Positions 9,648-21,319 of a stretch of 64,000 bases of DNA are shown here, one piece after another (position 1 is the first letter of the stretch; each line of letters opens with the position of its first letter). The translations under genes were made by a program, and so were the position numbers. The notes under the pieces are model-generated. The model did not search any database. It was not told where the DNA came from and saw only the letters and a list, made by a program, of their open reading frames with translations. Source of the DNA: a virus; the IMG/VR virus record IMGVR_UViG_3300008116_000011, positions 32,001 to 96,000 of that record; one strand, written 5' to 3'.

Positions 9648-12600
9648 TTATTCATTATCCATCTCATTACCATTATTCTCCCAATACTTGTGAGCCTCGT
9701 CCATAGCAACCAAATACCCTCGCAATTCATCTTCCGTATCTTCACTAAACAAACCACTGTCCAACAATTCCTCTACTGTTTGTTTAACATAATCCAATGC
9801 GTTCTCGTTTTGCTCCGCAAATTTTGCCGGTGTTGGGTCATTAAATGTGTCTTCGAATTGATCTGCTACTGCCCAACCGTGTTGTGAATTAATCACTGCT
9901 TTTACAATGTCTATTGTGTACATAACTTTTATTTAATTAAATGTAAAATAAAAAACGGGGTTACCCCCGCTTTACTTATAATTCTATACTCGCTGGTACT
10001 GCTGGTATGTATTTTAATTTCTTACCTGCTGTTAACTCGTGTATAGTTAAGCTATTAACAAAATTCTTAGCACTTTCATTGTGTCCACCCGCTATATTCA
10101 TCTCAATTTCTTCCCTTATTTCATCCCATTCACCTTGGGTGAAAATATCACCATACTCGTCCATTACAACGTAATACTTAGGTTTAGCTGTTGCTTTTTT
10201 AGTTGCCATAATTTTTTATTTTAATTGTTTAATACACTAAATATACGCACATTCATTTGGTTCCCAAATGTATATACGTATGTTTGTATTGATGTTGTGT
10301 ACTGTTAAAGCTTTGCTATTTTTTGTTTTAAGCTTTACGTCTAATATTTTCGTTAATTGCGAATAGCAAAAGAATGATTACAAAATATACCATAACTTAT
10401 TTATTTATATCTTTCTCAATTTTCCTAATCACCGTTCTAACAACGGGGTACATGGCTACTGTTTCTCTACGTTTAATTCCGTCCTCATCTTCACCTATTA
10501 CCTTCCAAAAATCATATACACCACTACTAGTACCCCAACCAATCCCGTCAGCTTCCACCGTTATAGCATTTGTTATTATACCTAACGGACCACCAACTAT
10601 TAAATCTAAATGATATCTGTTCATTTGTTATTATTTTACATTATATCCTCACCCTTATGTGTTTTAGCGAGTAGATACGATACAAACATGATGTTTAATA
10701 TTAAACATGTTATTATTGTTCTCATTTATTCATCATACGCTTTAGGTGAAGGTAAGCCACTATAATGACAATCCAAACCATTAATTAATAGGTCTGCTAT
10801 TTTACCACGATTCGCCTCGATTCGATCATCAACATTATCTATTTTGGCACTTAAATAACCCTGAACGAATCCACTAATCCAAAAGTATTTATCATTCTCA
10901 TCACAACCGTGACATCCTTCCCATTGCGTTTCGGCTAATTGTTCTATTTCTTTTAATGTCATAACTTATTTATTAAGTAAATCTACTAACTTAATTATGC
11001 CACTCACAATAGCCATTCCAATCACAATTGACACTACCGTCATTGCTATAAAGAAACCTATTTCCTCCATTTTATGTATGTTTATTTTATTTTTCATTTA
11101 CTGAATAATTCTTTTAACCGTTCTTTTAATGTTAATTGTACCAAATTAAATTGTCCACTTTGCCACCTCACAACCTTATTTCCATTACTACTGTCTTTCC
11201 AAACACACACTCTACAATTCCTAACTGTACCTAACGCTATTGGTAATTGAAATTTGCGGCTATCCTTCTTAAACATAAATAGCGGGTACCACCTATTACA
11301 CGTATAACAACGTTTACCCTTCATATTATTTACTCAATTCTTTATCACACATTTCAATCAGCATTTCAGCCAACGGATCATCATTATCAATTATATCACC
11401 ATTCTCATCCATTACCTGGTAGTCATCATGAAGATCATTTTCGGCTAAACTAACACGATATTCCCTACCATCTTCACGTTCAATTGTGAAATGTACTGTT
11501 CTGTAACTTGCTTTGTCTGTGATTTCGTATTTCATAGCTTTTATTTTATAAATTTAATTGCCAATGCTGTTTCTACCTTATCATATTCACCCATTGTAAT
11601 ATCCGACTTATATTCTTTAAGGACACTTAACACCGCTTTTTCGGCTTCATCAGCCGTGAACCCCTCCTTCAACATCAATATCCTACAACATTTATCGGCC
11701 ATTATGTAGACTTTCTTTAGGTCTTTAGGTAACCCTTTCAATAATTTTTTATCCATAACCTATATCTTTAATCTATCATTTCTTTAATCTTAAGTGCTCT
11801 AGCAGTTATATCCTCAATAAATTTCTTTGCTCTATCTACTGTTTTAGTGTAAGCCCAAAACTGACAATACTCTGAATCGAAAACAACGCCGGTACAATCT
11901 ATGTGCTTATTAATATACTCTTCTAAATCATAAGCACTTTCAAAATCTCTGAATCGATAGGCTTTAGCTATCTTACCTGTAATGGTGTACTCTTCTTTAC
12001 TTTCTTCTAACTTGAAAATAGTGAACCCGATTGGATAATTAATGTCTTGCATAACCTTTTATTTGAACTAAATGTATAAACAATAATTTGGTTTCCAAAT
12101 TAATGATTATCAGCCCATTTTCTACCTTCTTCCGTTGATGAATATAATACCTCACCATCATCACCTATACTCATCTTAACCATTCCTTTATCTACTAAAT
12201 TACCTAACGTATCACCTACTAATTTTTCAGTTGCTGTTCTAAATGTTTGTTCTAAATCAACATCAGATAAAGCATATGTCTTTTCTTCCCCGGTAATGTA
12301 GTGGAGGAATTTAACATTACATAGTTGTCTTATTTCAATACTCCAATAATCAATTACATCTTCAGGTAATCCATTATCGAATGTTTTTAAATCATTGATG
12401 ATTGCATCTGCATACTCATCACCGTTGCTGAAATTGAATTCCATCATAATTAATAGTTGTTTCTTCTAAATATAGAGGCTATTTCCTTAACCAATATTAA
12501 AATGAATATTCCCACAATTATAGCGGTTACAGGATAGTCATTCACTAATCTAAATAAATCTCTCATTCAATTGAATTTATGATTCTATATTTGGTTTTTC

Positions 12601-12840
12601 AGAAGGAGTTGGTTTACCAACTCCTAATCCTTCAAATTTAAGTAATGCATTTGCAATGTATAATTGAACTTTGTGTAGGTATTTCATTTGTTCAATTTCA
12701 GTAATCATTTTAAGACGATCTGATTCTTTAATTTTACTGTCTTTAAGAAAATCAAGGCAAATTGTTTTGGCTTGTTCTAATGTTTTTGCTTCGAAGACTT
12801 GTGTTGCAATTTTGTCGAGTGTTGATGTAAAATGTTTCAT
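9648..12840 (-). other. Block of small hypothetical early-type ORFs (9648, 9976, 10397, 10726, 11094, 11326, 11541, 11768, 12100, 12577)
   Basis: Dense co-oriented 70-115 aa ORFs; promoters at 9938-9969, 10238-10268, 12069-12099 and 12859-12890. Confidence 0.7.
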
Positions 12841-13059
12841 ACTTATAATTTTATAAGATAAAGATAAATATGTTATTGGGTTTCTCCAAACATTATTCTG
12901 TGTATTTGTTATCTAAATCGACAACATTATTACTCCACCACTTTCTAAATTTATTTGTCTTTGATATTTTTACTAAACGTTCTGTAATTAATATAATTCC
13001 TATAAAAGTAGGAATCGAAATTAATACTAGTAATAGATAAATTTTAACTATCATAATTT

Positions 13060-13614
13060 TTATTCTGCTAGGTATAATCTTAAACTATTGTATTTTGCTA
13101 CTGGGTTGTTTTCAGCTAGCATTTCATATTTGTTAAGTGTATGGTGGTAAGCATCTTTAACAGGTAAGTGAGAGACATTTCCTAACCATTGAGCGAATGA
13201 ATCATTTGATTCATCAACTACTGACTGTGGTGTACCAGGTAAACCACAGAACAAGGCTTCACTCACCTCACTAATAAACATGCCACTATAGAACCCCTTT
13301 AATTCATATTTCTTTACAAATTGATCAGCATTACACCAGATAAACATGTTTTGTTTCTTAGGAATTAAAGCATGTACTGTTTCACTATCAATAATGTAAG
13401 TTGGATAGTAATTATTTTCTCTAAAACGACCAACACCAAATAACCCCCATGGTGAACCATGACCCATCATCATTACACGATCATGTTCTTCAATCAACTT
13501 AATAATATCCGATTTTAACCCTTCTGTTAACACAGTAGTATTAGGTATATTTTCGTAAATCGGCTTTAAAAAGTCGGTTGTTCTGTCTTTGGGGTGTATA
13601 ACTAATGTTTTCAT
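13060..13614 (-). CDS. Alpha/beta protein, possible clan CD (caspase/CHAT-like) peptidase fold
   Basis: VMMMGHGS and MFIWCNAD motifs, each after a hydrophobic strand. Confidence 0.4.
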   Translation of the reverse strand: MKTLVIHPKDRTTDFLKPIYENIPNTTVLTEGLKSDIIKLIEEHDRVMMMGHGSPWGLFGVGRFRENNYYPTYIIDSETVHALIPKKQNMFIWCNADQFVKKYELKGFYSGMFISEVSEALFCGLPGTPQSVVDESNDSFAQWLGNVSHLPVKDAYHHTLNKYEMLAENNPVAKYNSLRLYLAE

Positions 13615-13616
13615 TT

Positions 13617-14427
13617 TTATCTTTTAATCAACGACTCAGATATTAATCCTACTCCCATGTATATAAGTTGTCCTGCAAGAAATAGTTTATAGAAAATTTC
13701 AATTTGATTGTATTCCACTAAATGGTAAATACCAACAATATACACTAAAGACAATATAAATGAAAGATTAACTAACACTCCAACTCTAAGTTTAAAAAGA
13801 TTATCGTCTTTAGTATTCCATAATAATTTAACTATACCTGATGTAGCAGCAAAATATATTAATATAAATCCTAAACTAGTAAGAAACGATTTTAAGTCTT
13901 TATTCATAACCTTTTTTATTTACTTAAATATAAGATAACTTATTGGGTTTAGGACTTCTCCTCAGGAATATCTAACATTTCATCTCCAGTAAGTATTCCT
14001 TTATCTTTTAATGTTTTAGTGATAGTGAAATTAATTAATGAAGCAACAAGTTGGTTACTTTTCATTACTTCTACTACTGCTTCTAACTTACGAATCTTAT
14101 ACATACAAAATCCAAAACCAACAACACTGATGATGTTGTACAATTCCTGTAACCCAATTTCTATCATTTGTTTATTTTTATATTTTAATATTCATCATCA
14201 TAATCATTACCATCATAATAGTTATTTATATCCTTTAAAGATAAAATACTATCCCCCTCACTAACTAAGTTGTGCAATATTCCTTCATCTTCATTTTCAG
14301 TAGCCCAATCTATAAGGTCATCTAAATTATCTACCTCTGCTTCTTCAAATGCATTATCAAGAACAGTATTCCACATCTCATCATCAATGAGTTGCTCATG
14401 AATTTCTAAAAGTTGATCAATAATCAT
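13617..14427 (-). other. Three small ORFs (13617-13907 membrane protein, 13949-14167, 14185-14427 acidic)
   Basis: ORF track. Confidence 0.6.
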
Positions 14428-14456
14428 CGTTTTTAAATTTAGGATAAATATACTGG

Positions 14457-14918
14457 CTATTGTTCAAGTATCCAACTACATTCATTAAAAGCTCTTTCAA
14501 TATTTCTTTTAGCAAAGTCTTCTGCTTGTAACTCATAAGGATTCTTCCAATAACCATATTTGTCTAATAATTCAAAATACACTTTCATATCTTGAGTATA
14601 ATGACAAAACTCATGTAATAATGAATGTGTTAAAGATTTTACTGTTTTATTTCGTTTTAAATGGATTGTAATTAAATTATCTTCTTTCACCCAATCAGCA
14701 ACACCAATAAAATGCTTTGTATTGCGTCTTAAAACATTAACTCCTGGTTTGCGTTTCGGTGCTTTATATCTGTATATTTTAAATTTGATTTTTTTATGGT
14801 ATGGTTTGTGGTACTCCTTATGTAATAAGTTAAGTACTTCTTTAACATAAGCAATTAAAACCTTTCTCGGTAGTTTGCGAGTACGAGTATATAAAGATAT
14901 ATTGCTCATAAGGATCAA
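14457..14918 (-). CDS. Zincin-like metallopeptidase domain protein
   Basis: LLHEFCH (HExxH) plus downstream YWKNPYELQA glutamate ligand. Confidence 0.7.
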   Translation of the reverse strand: MILMSNISLYTRTRKLPRKVLIAYVKEVLNLLHKEYHKPYHKKIKFKIYRYKAPKRKPGVNVLRRNTKHFIGVADWVKEDNLITIHLKRNKTVKSLTHSLLHEFCHYTQDMKVYFELLDKYGYWKNPYELQAEDFAKRNIERAFNECSWILEQ

Positions 14919-15193
14919 TTTTCATGTCTAAATATATAAACATGAACTTAACCCTTAAAATTATTTACTCAGATTTTTGATCAGATAACCAAGCGTAATA
15001 TGCTTCTTCCTCGTTTTGTTGATTTAACCATTCATCATATTGATAATCAGCATCAATTGTATCAGGCCATAAATCAATGTATCTATCTACCAAAAGCGCT
15101 TCTTTGATTTTACTCATATTATTTAATTTTATAGTGTAAAGTTAAAATTGGGAGCTTGGTTTCCCAAACTCCCTATTATAACAACACAATTAA

Positions 15194-16522
15194 CTAATTA
15201 ATAGGTATAACTCCATTTCGCTCATAGTCTCTTACATAAACGTAAGGTTTTAAAATTTCATCAAATTTATTTTTTATAGTTAACCATTCATTTTCATCAA
15301 ATGATAACATATCTTCTAAATTATATTTTTTAATTTTTTCAGGACCGTAATAATATATGTAAAATTCTCTATTTAATTTTACTATTTCTTTTCTATCTAA
15401 TATAACAGGATGTTCCCAAATTCTATGTAAATTTTCATACATTTCCTTAATAAAAGGCCATTCTTCTGTTTTATAATTAAAATCATTTTCTAAACCATAC
15501 ACTTGTATTTTATTAGGCCCATACCACCAAATAAGATACTCTCTCTGAGCCTCAATAAATTCTTTTCTTGTTTGTGTTTGGATAAACCATCCATTTATAA
15601 ATTTAGAATATGCAACAGATGGATCATTATCTGGGCGGCGTTCATGCCATACTATTCCACGATAAGCAATAAGAGTTACATCATGAAACCTAGCAAACAT
15701 TTCAGAAGTAAATGATGATGTAAATTCATGACCAACTATACCATCATGCATTCGAGCTGATAATTTAGTTCTGTAGTGTAATCTTACTAATTCATTCCAA
15801 AAGTTATAATACTTTAGTAATAAGTTTTTATCTTGAAAAAGATAACCAATTAGAAAACCATCAAGATCAAGATCACCATCGTATGTTTTTACTTCAGGAT
15901 TTAAATTGCCATCTAAAAATATAAATTTAAAATTAGGAGCCTGCTTAGAAGTATCAAACCCCATTGAATGCATAAGATTTTCAATACCTGTCACTGCTGA
16001 GTTTTCTCCTTTTATTCGCTTTACAAATTCATTATGTGGATATCCATTTGAAAGTCTATTTGGATGGCCTATAATTATATTTTCACTACATTCAGGAGCA
16101 TTAAAATGTTTTTTAAATTCTTCAAAGGCAGTATACATTCCTGCATTAGTAATGTAACACCCAATATCACATAAGATAAAATTTGTTATATCGTTTTCAG
16201 CACACCATTTTATCCCATGTCTTATAATTCCAATAGGAAAGCTATGCCATATTTTACCTATTTCTTTAAAGTATTCATCTTCATCTGTGATGCATAGAAT
16301 AGGTTCATTTATTCTATCTTCATCTGTTCGTAATGTTTCTAGATCAACTACTATTAATTTACAAGGTACAGAAACATTATCTAGTAATTGGGGTGTATTA
16401 GTTATAATTACTACGTTAACTTCTTTAGGAGCTGTTTGTAGCATTTTAACTAATGAATTTATATAAGGAGGACCTATTAATGTATAGACAAAATGAAAAT
16501 TTTCTATGGGACTTAACTTCAT
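15194..16522 (-). CDS. Putative GT-A glycosyltransferase-like protein, paralogue of 55856-56911
   Basis: IGPPY...VVIITNTP...FPIGIIRH...ILCDIG parallels FGPSY...YVILTDYP...FSYSAHRF...FMDGD. Confidence 0.45.
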   Translation of the reverse strand: MKLSPIENFHFVYTLIGPPYINSLVKMLQTAPKEVNVVIITNTPQLLDNVSVPCKLIVVDLETLRTDEDRINEPILCITDEDEYFKEIGKIWHSFPIGIIRHGIKWCAENDITNFILCDIGCYITNAGMYTAFEEFKKHFNAPECSENIIIGHPNRLSNGYPHNEFVKRIKGENSAVTGIENLMHSMGFDTSKQAPNFKFIFLDGNLNPEVKTYDGDLDLDGFLIGYLFQDKNLLLKYYNFWNELVRLHYRTKLSARMHDGIVGHEFTSSFTSEMFARFHDVTLIAYRGIVWHERRPDNDPSVAYSKFINGWFIQTQTRKEFIEAQREYLIWWYGPNKIQVYGLENDFNYKTEEWPFIKEMYENLHRIWEHPVILDRKEIVKLNREFYIYYYGPEKIKKYNLEDMLSFDENEWLTIKNKFDEILKPYVYVRDYERNGVIPIN

Positions 16523-16591
16523 ATTATTTTGCAATAAATACATAAAATAGGGATCTAGTTTCCTAGACCCCATATTATGACAACACAACTA

Positions 16592-17383
16592 TCAATTAAC
16601 ATATTCTTCGGCTAATTGCCACAATTCACCATTGAATTGCATATCTGCTGTAAAGTTTTTAAGCGCTCTAACTTTACGTGTTTTTCTCCCGTTATTGTAA
16701 TTAATACCTCCGTTTACTAATTTCTCTTGAATGCGATTAAATACATTCCATAAATTAGCACCGTTATCTTCATTACGCTCAGAGGCAAGTAACTCTATTA
16801 CATCTATTTGAATGTTTTTATTTTTCCAACGCAATGCTGCTGCTTTTAAAGCAAATTCAGTCATTTGTTCATCACTCAATGGAGTATCTCTAAATGTATT
16901 AATCTTTTGAACAAGGTTAGGTAATGAATTGATCATTGCTAATACTTGCTCACGAAGCGCTTCAAACGTATAACCCATATGACGAATTGCTACATTACTA
17001 AATTCACTATCAGCAATTACAAGTCCATTTGAGCATACTAAACGATATAATCCTACTCTCAAATGAAATGCATTTTTACCATCATGACTATTAGTCAATA
17101 GTAATTCAGGAAATACATCGTCACCATCATTTCCCTTAATCATGATGTTTTGATTTTGGAAACGAATAATATGTTTTTGATACCCTTTACCTCTACGTGC
17201 TTTAACTTCTTGAGCACTTACTGGTGTCCACCCTAGCTCAATCATGTCTTCAATTACTTGAGACGTTGGGATGTGGGTGTAATTAGTTGATACATTAGGT
17301 GCTGATGCAAGTGTGAATGCACTTGAACACATTCTTTGAATTTCTTGCAAACTCATTGGTTCGCGTTTGTTTGTAATTGTCAT
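16592..17383 (-). CDS. DUF932 family protein
   Basis: YTHIPTSQVI...KHIIRF...PELLLTNSHDG...GLYRLVCSNGLV...LWNVFNRIQEKL; promoter at 17406-17437. Confidence 0.85.
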   Translation of the reverse strand: MTITNKREPMSLQEIQRMCSSAFTLASAPNVSTNYTHIPTSQVIEDMIELGWTPVSAQEVKARRGKGYQKHIIRFQNQNIMIKGNDGDDVFPELLLTNSHDGKNAFHLRVGLYRLVCSNGLVIADSEFSNVAIRHMGYTFEALREQVLAMINSLPNLVQKINTFRDTPLSDEQMTEFALKAAALRWKNKNIQIDVIELLASERNEDNGANLWNVFNRIQEKLVNGGINYNNGRKTRKVRALKNFTADMQFNGELWQLAEEYVN

Positions 17384-17438
17384 AACCGTTTTTTTAATTG
17401 TGCTATAAATATACAACTATAAAATCAGGTTTCCAAAC

Positions 17439-18137
17439 TTAATCTCTTTTAGGTAAGAATACAGAATTAGGATCTTCTATTTTTAATCGTTCTAATTTTT
17501 CAATAGATGTAGGTCCTAAATCACCATCAACACTAATATATCTATCTAATAAATAAAATTTATTCTGTGCTGGACCTGAATATCCTTCTTCCTCTTGTAT
17601 AAAATGGATATTTTCTTCTGTTATTGTTTTTTTTAACCCTGGATATATTTGGTTGTGGAAGTGTCCGGCAAATGGTGGATTTTCAGGGTCAAGTATTGCT
17701 TGGCGAAATGAGTCTAGGTATTTGAAAGGCAATGCATAGAAGTTATCACAGGTAAAATATCTACCATCATAGAAATGATGTATTTCTCTAAATAGGAAAT
17801 TAAATTTATTAAAATCAATATTAAATGAAGATACCTTATCTAGAAATACAATATCAGGCCTTGTAAATATGATAAAATCAAGATCTTCATTTTGCACCAA
17901 TTCAATACTTTTTAATGTTCTACGTTGAAGGTGAAAAGTCAAAATTGATTCAGCCCACTTTTCAGGTTTGTAAAATTCTAATATCTCAGGAGTTATTTCA
18001 TTAGTACTTAAATATATTTTTGTTTCATGACCGGACCAACAGTTTATTAAATTTTCTTTAATATTATCTTTAGTTCGTCTCCAATCTCTATTTCTTAATC
18101 TAGAAACAAGACCAGTCAACACAATCCCTATCTTCAT
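17439..18137 (-). CDS. Putative glycosyltransferase-like protein
   Basis: MKIGIVLTG...DFIIFTRPD...CDNFY pattern of phage GT-A-like proteins. Confidence 0.5.
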   Translation of the reverse strand: MKIGIVLTGLVSRLRNRDWRRTKDNIKENLINCWSGHETKIYLSTNEITPEILEFYKPEKWAESILTFHLQRRTLKSIELVQNEDLDFIIFTRPDIVFLDKVSSFNIDFNKFNFLFREIHHFYDGRYFTCDNFYALPFKYLDSFRQAILDPENPPFAGHFHNQIYPGLKKTITEENIHFIQEEEGYSGPAQNKFYLLDRYISVDGDLGPTSIEKLERLKIEDPNSVFLPKRD

Positions 18138-18433
18138 TACTTAGTTTTATTTAAATAAGCAGTAAATGAGGCAATGAATACTTCTACAGGCATATTAGCA
18201 CCATTAAGTTTTTCCTCTTTAACCCATTTACTCATTAATTGCTTTATTTCTTCTGTGTAATCTGTTTTTAATTTTTCAGAGTACAAATAAGCATCATGTA
18301 ATTCATCTTGTAGATGTTGAATCCATTCTAATACAGTAAGATCATTTCTATCAAGATCAGTTCCGTATTTTTTATTTCCCATTTCCGCTCTTGTTTTAAA
18401 GCGGTTTATTACTCTAGTTACTATACTATCCAT
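18137..18433 (-). CDS. All-alpha NTP pyrophosphohydrolase-like (MazG-like) protein
   Basis: GNKKYGTDLDR...WIQHLQDELHDAYLY (ExxD helix). Confidence 0.45.
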   Translation of the reverse strand: MDSIVTRVINRFKTRAEMGNKKYGTDLDRNDLTVLEWIQHLQDELHDAYLYSEKLKTDYTEEIKQLMSKWVKEEKLNGANMPVEVFIASFTAYLNKTK

Positions 18434-18436
18434 AAA

Positions 18437-19069
18437 CTATTTTATTTTAAATTTAAAACCAGTAATTTGCTCAACCACCTTTAGATCAACCTCATTATTT
18501 TTTAGACCGTCTGCTTTAGTATTATTATTATCAAATAAATAAGCCTCGTAAGTGTTCATTCGCTTATTGTAAATTACCTTCCAACATTGTTTAGGTATAG
18601 ACATTTTACCTATTTTCCTTACTTCACCTATAGCCCCAGCCCAAATATAAAGCGAATCATATTTACTAGCATCCTCACGTGTCATTGATTCTAATACTTT
18701 CCAATCACCTCTATTAAGTTGTGGTGTTTGAGGAATCATATTTGAAAAGTAAAATGATTCTCTCATTTTATCTATATCACAACCACCATCAGCAGCAGGA
18801 AATACATGACCACGATCAAATCCTGAGCCGTTGTAGTGTTGTTGTAAATTAGTGTGTTCAGATAATTGTGGGTCAGGTTCAAAATTGTCTGTTCGTTTTA
18901 CTTTAGTATCACAACTAATCATTTTCCTTGTTAACCACCACTCAACCTTAACAGGATATTGTTTTGATTTGCTGTAGGTTGTTTTGTAGGCTTTATGGAT
19001 AATAGTAACTGTATCTTGAGCTGATGCTTCAAGATTAATGAATATGAGAATTGATAGTAGGTATTTCAC
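18437..19069 (-). CDS. Secreted DNA/RNA non-specific endonuclease (NucA/EndA family)
   Basis: Signal peptide; GFDRGHVFPAAD, SNMIPQ, LNRGDWKVLE. Confidence 0.9.
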   Translation of the reverse strand: MKYLLSILIFINLEASAQDTVTIIHKAYKTTYSKSKQYPVKVEWWLTRKMISCDTKVKRTDNFEPDPQLSEHTNLQQHYNGSGFDRGHVFPAADGGCDIDKMRESFYFSNMIPQTPQLNRGDWKVLESMTREDASKYDSLYIWAGAIGEVRKIGKMSIPKQCWKVIYNKRMNTYEAYLFDNNNTKADGLKNNEVDLKVVEQITGFKFKIK

Positions 19070-19202
19070 CTTTATAAATATTCCCTATTGCTTATTTATT
19101 AAATCAATTACAACTTGAATAATAAACACAATAACCATTCCAATAAAGGAATAAAATACTATTTTTTCGCTTGTTTTAGTTTGATCAGGACGTTTACCTT
19201 GA

Positions 19203-20586
19203 TTATCCATTTGGTAATGATTTAGATATTGCCTCGTAATATTCTTCCCTTAAACGACGAACTGCTGCTTCAGCACTTGCTGCTCCTGCTTTGAACATTT
19301 GGTTGTTGCTCTCAAAGCCACGTTCATTAATTACTCTAAATACTTCTTCAAAGATTTCAAATCCAAAGATGTTACTACCTAATGCTTGATACTTATCCAT
19401 AAATTTATTTTTCAATTTTTACTTCTATTTCATATTGTTCACCATCGACTTCAGCATGTGCTTGTTCTAGCATTATTGTTAAATATTGTTCCGCTACAGC
19501 GTCATTTTTAAATGGTGTTCCATTTAAATCATTAACATCAATATATCCATCTCCATGATATATAAACTCACACTTTGGATTTCCATCTACATACATTAAA
19601 AATGTTTTATCATCAATATCTTCAAATTCTAATTTATGTTTTTTCATAATATACTATTTAAAGAATTTATTTCTTGGTTTACTTAAATCAACAATAGCTT
19701 GTGGTTTTGGTTTTGCCTTGCGACCTCTTGGCTTTGATTCCTTAGACTCAGGCTCATCCCATTTCCATTTCTTTACTTTTTCAAGAAATGCGGCCCTATA
19801 ACCTGCTAAACGTTCTGCTTCTGTTCTCATATAAACTCATATATTAATTCTAAACCGTGAGATATACTTTGTAATGTATGAAATTTACTCATATCGTTAA
19901 GTGGCTTAGCATCTCTAACATTATATGACCATTGTGGCACACCACCATAAGCTAAACCAGTAAAGTAACCATAATCACTCATTACAATATATTCAGGTAT
20001 TTTATGCTTTTTATTTTTCATTTATATAAAAGTATAAAGTTTATTTGGATCCTCCAAATTTACTATTAGCTAATAGATCATCCCAATCTTTATAGCCTTG
20101 TGATTTAGCATACTCATCATTCTTTTTCCTACGATAATGTGCAACTGCTTCAGGTTCTCTCATTTGATCACTATCAGTAAAGCCAAGTGACTTAGCACAT
20201 TCCTCTTCACACCATTCATGTGAACCTATCTTTATTTCAATTGGTAGATCTGTTTCTAGTGATTCAATAAAGTCTTCAAATTGAGATGCTGCTTCAAATG
20301 GCATAGTGTAGATTCCTTCATCTACTTGATAATCTGATTCATTTTCTTTATCAAATATTTCAATCCTACCCATTCTATATTTTTCACCAAACAAAGTCAT
20401 TACGCCGTAACCTACAGTTGAATAATAATATCTACCAGTTCTTGCCACACCATTTACATCAATACAACCAGGATTGAGTTCAATATAATTAGCAAGATGA
20501 TCAGCAAATTCTTCTTCAGTCGCTTCAGGGAAGCGTTGTTTGACATTATATATAAAATATTTAAGGTCTTGTCTATTTACTTTCAT
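19203..20586 (-). other. Small hypothetical ORFs (19203, 19405, 19654-19830 missing from track, 19827, 20041)
   Basis: ORF track; 19654-19830 reads MRTEAERLAGYRAAF...KPRGRKAKPK... Confidence 0.6.
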
Positions 20587-20603
20587 TTTATATTTATTTG
20601 TGT

Positions 20604-20852
20604 ATGCTAAATAAATTTATATATTATTTTTTAAGGTATTGGGTATCTATATCTTTTCTTCTTCTTGCTTTTTATTTTTATGAACCAACACCATCTATAA
20701 TCCACTGTTCACCAGATTCTATCTTACAAGAAATTGAAGTAAAAACATTTTTAGGTTTAAACGAAATGACTTTAATGTGGATTTTAATGGCTATAGCACA
20801 CGGTGCTAACGCTTGTTATTGTGATATTAAATCCATACTAAAGAAAGTCTAG
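20604..20852 (+). CDS. Small membrane protein in inverted orientation
   Basis: Two hydrophobic segments; fills a gap between minus-strand genes; ATATTTAT at 20590-20597 on the plus strand. Confidence 0.55.
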   Translation: MLNKFIYYFLRYWVSISFLLLAFYFYEPTPSIIHCSPDSILQEIEVKTFLGLNEMTLMWILMAIAHGANACYCDIKSILKKV

Positions 20853-21319
20853 TCACTTAATCTATGTGTTACAGTAATTATATTTACTTGGGTTGCAATA
20901 TTTGATTCTTCATAATTATAATTCATACAAATAGCTGATCTAATTATGCTATCAGTATCAATTATTCTTTCATCATACATTTTTTCTGTAATTTTAGGAA
21001 CTTCATCTTCAATACAGCAGGCACCACCACAGTCTTTATATCTAACTACTTTAGAAATAGTATAAATGTATCTAGTATTTGCCTCTACTATTGCTTTATA
21101 TATTGTATCAATGTGTGTCGGTAAATAATAATCATAACTATCTAAATAACAAATATATTTTAAACCTTCATCTAATATAAATTGAATAGTCTGATTAGTA
21201 GTCTCAGGATCAGTTTCATAGACTTTAAACTCCTTATTTGTTTGTTGTTCTAATGAAGCTAAACATTTATCTAAAAGTCTATCTTCTCCTTTATGTTTTA
21301 TCAATAGTACTGCTATCAT
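20849..21319 (-). CDS. Minimal GT2-like glycosyltransferase
   Basis: CLASLEQQT...KYICYLDSYDYYLPTHI. Confidence 0.55.
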   Translation of the reverse strand: MIAVLLIKHKGEDRLLDKCLASLEQQTNKEFKVYETDPETTNQTIQFILDEGLKYICYLDSYDYYLPTHIDTIYKAIVEANTRYIYTISKVVRYKDCGGACCIEDEVPKITEKMYDERIIDTDSIIRSAICMNYNYEESNIATQVNIITVTHRLSD

